From positions 1,098,156-1,162,155 of the forward strand of contig CAJFCJ010000013.1 in NCBI GenBank assembly GCA_904063045.1: a stretch of 64,000 bases of DNA, given 5' to 3'. This DNA comes from Dimorphilus gyrociliatus (lineage: Eukaryota > Animalia > Annelida). The number at the start of each line of letters is the position of its first letter. The first letter of the stretch is position 1. A model generated the notes under the pieces. The model was not told the DNA's origin, made no database searches, and was given only the letters and a program-made list of their open reading frames with translations. Both the position numbers and the translations under genes were made by a program. Below are positions 23,315-35,300 of the stretch, piece by piece.

Positions 23315-26300
23315 ATGGAGGACGACGATATTAAAGAAATTGAAGAAAAGAAGGGGATACACTCTAGAAATTTGTATCAACCCCCTTCCATTAAGACTTG
23401 TTTCTTCTACAAAGATGGTGATAAGAATGTGGCCGCTATAAAACTAACGCTCGATCCAAAAATTCATAAAAATATGGGAACTTTACAAGATCAACTGACA
23501 AAACGTATTCAACTACCTTTTGGTGTTAGATCAATATATACACCCAGAGGTAGGGAACGGGTCCTGGCCTGGGAGGATTTAGAGAACGAAGGCCGTTACG
23601 TTTGCAGTACTAATAGAAATAAAGCTAAAGGTGTCGATATTGCGAGCGTTGCTAAACTTAAAGCTTGGAGGGCTAGTAGAGTACCTTCTGGTAAAAAGCA
23701 ATATAACGAAACACTAAAAAATGATTCCGATCATCCCTTCCAACCAAATCTACATCAAAGACGTCGACCGCCACCTAGAAATGCGGTATCAGATAGTGAA
23801 ATGGATAGCTACCGTCCAGCTGGAAATAATAAATTTTCCAAAAAGATTATTATTGTTCGTAACGGTGATCCTAATTTACGTAGGAGTATGCTCTTAAGTA
23901 GGCGTGCTCAAAGAAGTTTTGAAATTGTTCTCCAAGACATATCAGGAATGTTCGGCAAAGCAGTTCACGCTCTTTGGACACCGCAGGGAGAGAAAGTTGA
24001 AAGTTTATCTAGTATTTTTAACGGTGGTGACACTTATGTTGTTGCCTTAAACCCATCCGAAAGATTTAAGCCATCCACAAGACCATTATCAGATGACCAA
24101 AGGCGATTACCCCCAACGAGAAAGCCGCCGAAACGCCAGAGATCCAGACAGGAACACGATCCAGTTGCTACTAAACTAAAAGACCGCCGAGAAAGATTGG
24201 CCAAAACAAGTAAGTACTATGTGTTTTCTTGTCAACGGAATTTATTAACGATTGAACATTAGGAGGTATTTGGAAGGTTTGGGTTACTACCAATGAACTA
24301 CCTACGGCCGGAACTCTGGCTCAAGTTACTATTACAGTTTACGGCCATAAGGGGAATTCCGGATTAATTACGCTTGGACATCCTGAAGGACAGAATTTTC
24401 AGTCTGGTCAAATAGATGAATTCGACGTAAGTACCATAAATGATATAGTAAAAAGCCTAGTCAAGAAAAAAAAATATTTCTTTCCCCTTCCCCGCATCAT
24501 TATATTTCCTTTTCTTTAAGATAAAAAAAACAATCAAAGGTCTATTTCAATCGTATTAAAAATTTCAGGAGGATCGTAAAGTACTGTGTAGGGACGAGGT
24601 ATAAAAAAATGACTTCCGGGCTTATTAATTAAATGATATAGTGTATACTGTATACACTTTACCTTAAATTCATTAGTTTAAACTAACATGACGCACAAAG
24701 CTAATTGTTAAAGTTATTTCTTAATTATTACACTATTATCTGTTTTTTTTTTTGATCTTCATTGTTTGTCTTCCTTTTGGTTTTGTTTGTAAAAATTGAA
24801 CCACGTTTGTTTTATCCCTTTCTCGTAGATAAATTGCGGAAATATTGGCGAAATATATAAAATACGTGTTAGCCATGATAATTCGGGTAACTTTCCTGGA
24901 TGGTTTTGCGATGAAGTTAGAATGGTGGACGCTCATACAAATGAAGAATTGACATTCTTATGCAGACGTTGGTTATCTAGAGATGAGGACGATAGGGAAA
25001 TTTGCCGAGAACTTCCAGTTGTCAGGAAAGATGAGGCTGTTCTTCCTGGTATATATTACTTAAAAGGCTAATGTAATATCGTATTTAACAGCAACAATTG
25101 TCTATTCTAGTTTATAGATATCAAGTTACTGTATATACCGGTGATATTTGGAATGCAGGAACTGATGCTAACGTTTATTTGACGGTTTACGGGGAAAGGG
25201 GTGATACAGGCGTCAGGCAATTGATAAAAAAGGATGACCTGAAAAAATTTCAGAAAGGTCAAATTGATGTTTTTAACATCGAAGCTGTTTCCCTAGGAAA
25301 ACTAAAAAGGCTTATAATAGGACACGATGCCAATGTTCTTGGTAATTAATCATCCTTAGTAATTCATTTCTTTTTCGATTATATAAAATCTTTAACTATA
25401 GGCGAAGGATGGTACCTTGATAAAGTTGTTATAAAAGAATCTCCAAAGTCTCAAGAGGAGTGGACTTTCCCTTGCTTTAGGTACTATACTTTATAAACGT
25501 CTATTTTTGTATTTTCTACCTCAATGGAATAAGTCTACTATTCATTATTATAAAAGGAGCAATCGTTTACTTTTTGTTAATAATTTATAAGGGTAGTAAT
25601 TACGATATCTTTCTAGAGTTTTTATACAGCGATCTATTTCTCTTTTATATTAATTTATTCATAATTTCGATTAAAATTACTATCGTTACCACTTTAGGCC
25701 TATGTTTCTTTTTATTTATGTATAATTTACAGAGGCATAATGACTTAAGTCTCATTGGATAGGGTTAAAACGTTCTATATCTCAATAATAAACCACTGTA
25801 ATGATATTTCTCTATATTGAGAGTATTGTCCCCATTTATCATGTAATAATTTTAATTATAAATACTTATCACTAAGCAATTTATACTTTCTAATAATAGC
25901 TAAGTAGAACATTTTTTTATAACTTTTGTTTTTTTGTTAGTTGGCTCGACGAAGGTGAAGGTGACAAAAAAATAGTTCGAGAACTAAAAGTTTTAGAAGA
26001 ATATAAAACAGATCTTGTTGAAAAGGAATTGGTAAGTTGATTAATTATTTAAAATAGATTAATTGTTTATTATCGATAATGTTTGTAATGTTTTTTTTTC
26101 TACTCATTTTTCTTTAATCAGAAAAACTTTGTTATTGTTTTTTTTTTATTTATTATGGATACTTTGTCATTACAAAATATAATTAGTAACTTCTTTAATA
26201 GTGGGATTTAGAAAAGTGGAAATGGATAGCTGAAAATCAGCTCATATTGTTCTCAAAATTGACTCTTCAAGCTCTACGAGTAAATCACGATGGATCAGTC

Positions 26301-29300
26301 GACGTTCTAGGCCAGGACAAAGAGGCAACAAGTGGGCAATTCGAATAATTGGGACTTTCTTCTAAGCTAATTTTTTTTACTTATTTTTGTTTTATAGCAA
26401 TTTTTAAAGTTATCGTTCGTAGAGGGCCTAATTTCGTTCTCCAAAGTTCAGAAAATTCCCGCTTCCATGTGGCGATCGATAATTGCAGAATTTTAGGAAA
26501 TGTAAAAACAAAAATAGTTACTAAGAGACTTATACACCTAAATTATTAAATATATTCTTTTACTAACACCCCTATTAGGGCAAAGGAGGCGGATATTGTG
26601 AATTTCGTATTAGAGTTCAACAAGATAGATCTGTTATGCTAGAGTCTGCAAAACATGTACTACAACATATTACAGCAGCTCAAAACGGATCTATGGCTGA
26701 TCCAAGAGGAACAATTACTGGTCCACCACAACAGTTCCAAGTATATTGTAAAGGAATGTTTAGAGACCAAGGCGTATTATTACTTTGTACGTCGATAATT
26801 CAAGCTCTGTCGGTTGATCATAAAAACTTGCTTTATGCAACTGGCGTTAGGAACAGAGCAGCAGAATTCAAGTAAAAATGAATTATGAGAAATAATTCAA
26901 GTATTTTTTTTTACAATATTTTGTTTTTAATAAAAAAGGGTACATAAAGTTAAGGAAGGAGGGATCCGGAAATTTGAGAGTTTGGGATCAAAAGGAAAAT
27001 TTCTAAGAATTCGGGAAGGACAGTGCGATTGCTTGGGCGCAGGAGATAAATGGTGCCACTTTAAAGTGGTGAAATATAAAGAAAAGGGCTATATAGCTTT
27101 AGAAAGTTTAGCACAAAGAGGACTGTTTGTTGGAATGACTCCTGATGGTCAAGTTAGGCCTACTGTGGATACTGGCGATAAAAATACTCGTTTATGGCCT
27201 CATGTAACAAAATGTAAAATTTGCAAAAATGCTCTTTGAATTGTAATAGAGGATTTTCAATTGTTTTATTGTTTTGTAGGGGGTATTCCGAAAAACAAGC
27301 CGAAACCTCCCGAACCGGAACCTGTAAAGAAAACAGAAAAACCTCGAAAACGTGACACTCCAACTCCAGAACCGAAATCAACACCTGTATCCCCCACACC
27401 ACGACATAAATCCAAACCTGTCAGTGCCGAATCAATCTATCAAGGTTTTTACTTAAAAAGTTTGTTATAGATGAACAATTCTCAATCTGTTATCAATTTC
27501 AGATGGAGATTGGAAAGTTTGGATTACGACATCTGAAACGGCTCAAAGATGTCAAGTATTTATGGTTGTTTACGGTTCAAAAAATAAGTCAGAGTCAATA
27601 TTATTGGGAGAATCAAATGACGGAGAAATTTTTCAATCCGATTCGCAAGATCAATTTAAGGTTTAATTAATTATTTCTCATAAATAAACCGGCTATTTCT
27701 AAATAATAATCTTTATAGATTAATTTAAAATCGATTGGCAGTATATACAAGATAAGATTGGAATTAAGCGCTTTGAGTTCAAAGGATCCCCCAGAATGGA
27801 AATTGAAAGATGTACAGACTAATAAATTTCATTTTTAAATAATTTTTATTTTCATTCTGTTTTACTTTGAATTTTAGTTGAAGATGCAAGATATGAATTC
27901 TAAAGAGACTCTGAAATTTAAATTCAATAGATGGCTCTCTCGTCGTCACGATGATCAGGACATCTTCAGGGAACAGCCAGCAGTTAGACCTGGAAAGGCT
28001 GTGCTACCCATCCTGCTCTATCAAGTTAGAGTTTATACAGGAAAAGACCCTGGTAGTGACACCGACGCAAATGTATACATATGCTTACACGGCGAAAGGG
28101 GGGACACTGGGAAAAGGCTTTTAATTAACTCGAATAATAGCGCAAAATTTCAGGAAGGACAAGTTCTGTTTTCTTTTTCTAGGCATATACATGTTTGTTT
28201 ATTCCAATTTTTATTCTTTAAAGTTGGACATTTTTAACTTGGAAGCCGTTTCGTTAGGAGATTTAAAAATGTGTCTCATAGGCCACGATGGAGAAGGACC
28301 AGGAGAGGGATGGTTCTGTGAACAAATAATTATTAGAGAAAGCGAAGACGCTAAACATGAATATGTTTTCACGTGCAATAAGTAAATTATTCTCAGTAAT
28401 ATAAAAAATATTTTAATTTCATAATCGTACACTTTTAGGTGGCTTGATAAGAGCATGGATGATAAGAAGATAGAACGAGCGTTGAAACTCAAAGGTAAGA
28501 GAGAGCTGAAGAGAGTACGAATTAAAAAATACACTTCATGGGATTACTTAGATACACTCTATGACATTAAATAGACGTTAATTGCTTTGGCGTCTAAAAT
28601 AATCAAATGCCTTATTTTTTTGTTTATAATATAACATCTTTTTATATTTTTGTTATTTCTATTTGATTTTATTTACTGAATTACTAATTTATTTAGCAAT
28701 CATATTGATCTTCGTGTTTTATAAAAAGTTTAACCAATTTTTTTTAACCTCTTTTGTTGGATTAAAATGCACGAGCGTCTCCTCATTATTTTTCATTTAT
28801 GCACCTAATCTATCTCCTTGAGGTAAACATTACTCCTCTTATTACAAGGTAAGTGTCTCACCATACTTAACTATATTAAAACTTGGCATATTTCTCCTTA
28901 ATTGTTTATTTTTTTGTTCTAATTAATTTTAATTTGTAAACAAAAATATATTTAACGATTTTTAAAATATTATATATCTAAAAATAGTAAGTTTTTATAA
29001 GTTTGCTATTATTTTTTTTTGAACTGTTGTTTGTTTCACTACTTATCTATTATTTTTTTTTAGAAAAAAGACCAATTCCTAAAGAGGTTGAAGAAAAGAA
29101 AGAAGAGCCGGAACCAGAGCCGGAACCGGAAAAACAGGAAGAACCTCCAAAACGTTAATATAACTTTAATTGTATTACCACTTCTCTCATGTTAAATGTA
29201 TATTACTTAGCGGGTGAATGGATCGTTTGGATAACAACTGGATCGAAACCTAACAATTCAACAAAGAACTCTGTTAATCTTTGGGTTTACGGAGATAAAG

Positions 29301-32300
29301 GAAACAATGGTCCGATCGCCCTGAAAGAACCTGTTGAAGATGGACGTGTACCTTTTGAAACTGGGGCCACAGATGAATTTAAAGTAGGATTAACATGTTG
29401 TTGTTATTGTTGCTGTATAGTTTTATTAATATTGACAAGGTCAACCTTGGAACTGATTTTGGCGAATTATACAAAATCCGTATCGGCCATAATGAAGAAG
29501 ATCGAGAATCTGGATGGTTTATAGAAAAAATAAAAATGAAAGATCTAGTTTCGAATGAACTTTTAACTTTTAAAGTCAACCGATGGCTTTCAAGAAAAGA
29601 AGAAGATTTAGATGTTTGGCGGGAGTTACCTGCTGTGAGACCCGGAAAAAAGGCTTTGCCTAGTAATTAACTCAATTATTTTACAAGTCGTTGAAAAATA
29701 ATGTATTTTTTTTCCATCATATAGTACTTACTTATAAACTGGAAATATACACTAGTTCGGAACCTAGTTCTGACACTGAAGCCGAATTGTACATCGAACT
29801 CCATGGTAGTAGAGGTGACAGCGGAAGAAGAGTGCTTTATCACTCCCAAAATAGCGATGTAAAATTCCAGCAAGGGCAAATGGATATTTTTGAACTTGAG
29901 GCAGTTTCACTTGACGATATACAAAAAATAATTATTGGACACAAAGAGGAAACAAAGGGAGCTGGTTGGTGTCTTGAAAAGGTCATAGTGCAAGTAGAAG
30001 AGGAAAAAACAGAGAAAATGTTCTACTTTCCGTCTAACCAATGGTTTGACAAGGGCCAATCTGATTCGGCTATAGAAAGAGAAATATTAGCTCAGGAGCC
30101 ACCTCCAGAATCCAGTAAGTGATTTCCTCCAATATTAACCCCGCTAACTTTTTTTGTCAACCTGCCAAGTTTACTTTTAAAATTTTCCAACCTCTTTGGT
30201 GGCTGATAGTCAGTCATTTTTTCATCTGTCTGAACGGCCACATTACAAGAAAAAAATCTTACTGGTCCCTTATTCCTTTTTCGCTCTTCTCCTGATTCGA
30301 TTGTTTGAATAGCGGTACAAACCTTTTGAACTTCTGTGGTTTGTACTTGTTTATAATTGATAGTAGACCTTTCAATCTGGGTAGATTTATCGGCCTTAGT
30401 AATGAAACAGATTTTTGGATTAGTAACCAATGGAGATATTCTTCCATCGTCTTCTTGCACCGCAGCATCCCTTGTAGACGGTTTATCAACTTCTTGTACA
30501 ACTGGGGGATTTATTCGTGCTAATGGAAATCCTTCAAAATACCGTGTTGGTAGATGAAGACAATCTTTACCGCCCTTATTAACGGATAAGAGGGGTACCT
30601 TTGAGAAGGCTCCTCCCTTAATTTTCGAACTATTTACCTCCTCAGTAGTAGATTCAGAACATTGACCAGATACAGATGACATTTTCGCTTACCTTCTTAT
30701 TTCTTTTTACCTTAAATCAAAGGTCTAGCGATCGCTGAACAAAAATCGATTAACTTGCGTAAAGTTTATGGTTACGGTTCTTTCAGCGCTTCCACTCTTA
30801 TCTTGGCAGCTGCTAGATAACCACGTCTCTTGGCGTCTAATCAATTTTAAAGATAGATGGCGATAGTATGCGTATAAATAATACTCTTTACAATTTGCAG
30901 CCGGTGAATTCATCGCCTATATTAAGACAGCAGAAAGTTCCGGCCAGCCCAACGGAAGTAATGCAAGATTGGTAATTTACACCGAAGAAGCCGGAAAAAA
31001 GGAATGCGAACTTAAAAAAGATGAAAGCTTCAAACCAGGAAACAAAGACGAATTTGAGTTCACCTTAAAGAAAGACTGCGGTAGCGTGTGGAAAATCCGA
31101 CTGGAACGTGAGGATGAGGACTTGTGGGAGGGAGGATGGTTTGTAGAAGAGGTTATTATACAAGACAAAGAGACAAAAGAAGAACAAAAGTTTATATACA
31201 ATAAATGGTTGGCTCATGACAAGGAAAGCTGCGAGACAGTTAGAGAACAAACCAGTGATGATAATAAAGATCCCCGTTAGCGTCATTAATATTCAATTAT
31301 AAGTTTTCTTAAGTACTTTTATATTTTTCAGTAAAAAATTACGAAGTACAAGTATGCATAGGTGATCATTGGTCTGCAGGAACTTTATCAGACTTATATC
31401 TTACGATTTTCGGTATCTAATTATTTTTTTCCAGGAATCATTTATTTTTACCTTGCCTATTGAATTATTTATCCAGGTAAACGGGGTGACTCAGGTAAAC
31501 GCTGGTTACGTAAACAAGAAGAAATCAACTACGACCGGAAATCGGAGAACCTCTTCAGCTTAGAGGCGGTGTGCTTACAAGAGTTAGAATCAATTACCAT
31601 TGGACATAATGGTATCGGTTACGGATCTGGAATGTTTTTAGAAAAAGTAATAACGTAATAAACTTTTGAGTTTCTTCTTTCAAAAGATCTTTTATACTCT
31701 TAAAATAGATCATTATAAAAGAGGGGTCCAATCGATACATTTTCTATTCCAATCGGTGGTTTGATGATCACGAGGATGATCGATTAACGGAAAGGGAACT
31801 GAAACTATTCTGTAAGAATATTACTTTCATCTATCACCGAGTTTCTCTCTCGCTAATAAAATGTTATATATTTTTTAAGGTTTGGATGATGATAGTTTAG
31901 CACTAACACCATGCAAAGAAAACACTAAAACTCGTAAGTTTTTAAATTATTTTTCATTACATTTAAATAAAAGTGACCAATTTTCATTCTAGAGGGTGAA
32001 TGGAAAGTCAAAGTAAAGACCAGTGATCTCCATAATGCTGGTACGCATGCTAAAGTGACTTTGTTAGTTTGTGGATCTAAGTCTGTCTCTAAAGAAATAA
32101 ACCTTGATAAAGGTGAAGACGATCAGTTTGATCGCAACAAAGAGACCGATTTTGATGTAAGCTTTAATTTCATATTACTCTGTTGCTTTTAAATAGTATA
32201 CTTTATATTACAAAGGTAAATGTTGGTGATATTGGAGATATTAAAAAGATTAGAGTATTTCACGATAATTCAGGAGGTTTCCCAGCTTGGCATTGTCATT

Positions 32301-35300
32301 CAATATTAATGACCGATAAGCATACAAACCAAACTCTTCTCTTTCCCTTTCAAAGATGGCTAGCCCAGGATGAAGAAGATAACGAAACTATAAGAGAAAT
32401 GTCTCCTTTTACAAGTGAAAATTTAACGACTCGTAAATATAAAAATACAATTCTCGAAACTATAAAATCTTATAACATCCCATAATTTATTTTTATAACA
32501 GCTATTCTGAGGTACTGGGTAGGTGTAAGGACGGCAAATGTGAAAAAAGCTGGAACTGAAGGCGATGTCAAGATCAAAATTACTGGTAAAGATGGCGATT
32601 CAGGATGGAGAATATTGCAGAAAAGTCTGACTAACGATAAATGCTGGCAACAAGCAGCTTTTGACGCTTTCCTGTAAGTTATTTCTTCGTTTTTTATAAG
32701 TAAACATAAAAGTAACGAAATAATAATGCAACTTATTGGAAACAAGAAGAATGCTCTACGTTTAAATAACAAAAAAAACTTTCCTTATGCAAGAAATAAT
32801 AGCTATGACTTTTATTTCAAATTGTAAAGAGTTGTACATTAACCCGAAACTCTTTTAGACTTCTATGTCCTTGGATATTGTAGGATTTGTCTTCTATAAT
32901 TTTTGCATTTTTATTTCACTAGTAACTTATGTTTTCAGAATTGAATGTGTATCTGTTGGAAGTGTCACAGGAGTATCAATCGAACATAAGCCTACAGAAA
33001 GCAGTTTGTTTCTTTAGTTAATTAAAATTTTGGCATTTCACACATTAATTTTTCTTCCAGAAGGTTCTTGGCTAATAGAGGAAATAGTCATTAAAGAAAG
33101 CGAATTTGCTCCTACTGAATGGACGTTTTCGAATAAAGACTGGTTAGAACCTTCAAAAGATAACTCTTGCATCAGGGAACTATTTGATCCTCGTATGTCG
33201 AATAATTCCTATTCGATTCCTTTTAAAAACGTTTACTTTTTCAGGTATTCAGCCGGCCTCTAAACTTCCCGAGTATAGCGAAGATCGACAAGTGTTTACT
33301 TCCAAAGGCAATTGGACCCTTAAAGCATATACAAGCACCGATACCGAACCAGTCAAATTGAAAGTCTTTGTCATGCTCTGTGGCACACTAAGTTCTTCTG
33401 ATAATATAGAGTTATTAGAAGCTGAGGACGGTGAAACCGAAGAGAAGAAAGACGAGACATCAGAAAAAGAAGAGGAAAAAACACAAGAATTTAAGCCAGG
33501 GCAATTTAATGTTTTTAAATTATCGGTTGGTGATGAATTGGGAGATTTAGTGAAGTTAAGATTTACAGCTTATTATGGAGAAGAGAAAGCTCTCTGGAAG
33601 TTACACAAATTCATATTGAAAGACGACGATACTAATGCAGAATTTTTCTCAATTTGTGACAAGGTTTTAGAAGTGAACGAGGAAATTAAAGATTATACAG
33701 TTGAAGTCGGACTTGCTAGACCAGATATTCCTCCACTAATGGGTATTTGAAATTTCTTTTAACTACAATCTTAGCTAATTGAGTATTTAAATATTTCAGA
33801 AAAAACGTATACTATAGAGGTTAAAACGGGAGAACAGCTGAGGGCTGACACCGAATCCGATATCACTTTAGACCTGCATGGAGTTTTCGGTGATACTGGA
33901 ATCAGATTACTAAATTACTTGCTGGTGGATGATCAAAATAATGAAGAATCGAAAGAGAAGAAGAGTGATGGAGAAGAAAACAAAGAAAAAAATCTCTCGC
34001 CCCTTTTCGATTTGGGAAAGGTTATTATTCTTTAGTAGTATTTATTACCTTCTAAAAATTCTACGCTAATCCAATTGTAGATTAATACATTCGAAATACA
34101 AGCAGTGGATATTGGTATATTAAATGAAATCAGTTTAGGTCATAATTCCAGTGGTAGAGGAAGAGGATGGTTCTTTGACTATATTTTAATTAAAGATGCT
34201 AAAGAGACAAATTCAAGTCTCCTATTTCTGGGTGATAGGTAAATCGTTTATTCATTTGTAAGATTTAAAAGACATAACTTGTAACATTTTTTCATAGATG
34301 GTTGGATACTGGTTGTAACGATCGACTCTTGCATCTAACTTTAAAACCTTTTATGGAACTTCAACACGACGAGCGAGAAAAGGACGAAAAAACTATAAAC
34401 TCTAGTAGTTATTTCTCCAATTGCTGAAAAGATATTATAATTTAACAATGAAATAGTTTAATTTCTTTTTTATTTCAGATGGAAAATGGTTTGTCACTGT
34501 TAAAACCACAGAAATAGAACGTACCGAATATAATTTGGTCGTCTATGATTCTTTCGGAAGGTCACAAATTTTCCAAGTAGACAATTCGAATGAGAAAGAA
34601 GTAAGTCACCTATCTGTTAATGTCACCTTCGTGTATCTTTTTTTTAAATTTTTATTTTAGATTGAATTGACCGAAATTGGAACGGACGTTTATAAAATCA
34701 GAATGGAATCCTTACTTGAAGAAGGCTCTTGGAATATTCTAAAAGTCCAAATGAAGGATAAAGATACAAAAGAAAAATTAGAATTTGACTTTTCAAGATC
34801 CCTAAACGAAAATTTATTGTCTGTTGAACGACCGCTTATTAGAATCGACAATCCGATACCTCAAAGTAATTCTATTTTCAGTTTGCTTCTAATCCTCTTG
34901 AATTTTTTTGTTTTTTTTTTCAAATAGTTATTAATTACATCATATCGATTCATACGGCCGAAGAGGAAGTTTTGACTGAAGAAGAAAATTCTGTTAAAAA
35001 CTCCGAGGAATACGTAGCGCCTTCGGTATCTATTTGCCTTAAAGGAGAGAACGGTGATTCGGGAATAAGAAAATTAATAGACAATGAAAACGAGAAAAAG
35101 TTTGACAGCAATCAGGTAACCTCACAAACAGCTTATTAATCTAAAAATGAATTTATCTAAAAATTTATTTTCTAATTTTAGACCGATGAGTTCGTTATTG
35201 AGGCTGTAGATTTAGGATCACTTTCCGAACTAGTCATTTATAGAACGGATGGCGTTAAATGGCACTTCGATAGCGTTCAAATTGTAGCTGGAAAATTCGA

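Noticed and set aside
28740-28860. Exon-like segment with two donor motifs in the 568-nt PLAT-gene intron
   Set aside because: No open, phase-compatible frame on either strand. It might be a non-coding alternative first exon or the tail of the nested gene, but this is unsupported.
33001-33006. Possible GC-AG intron donor in the PLAT gene
   Set aside because: A canonical GT donor 3 nt downstream (AGC A|gtttgt) gives the required phase 1.
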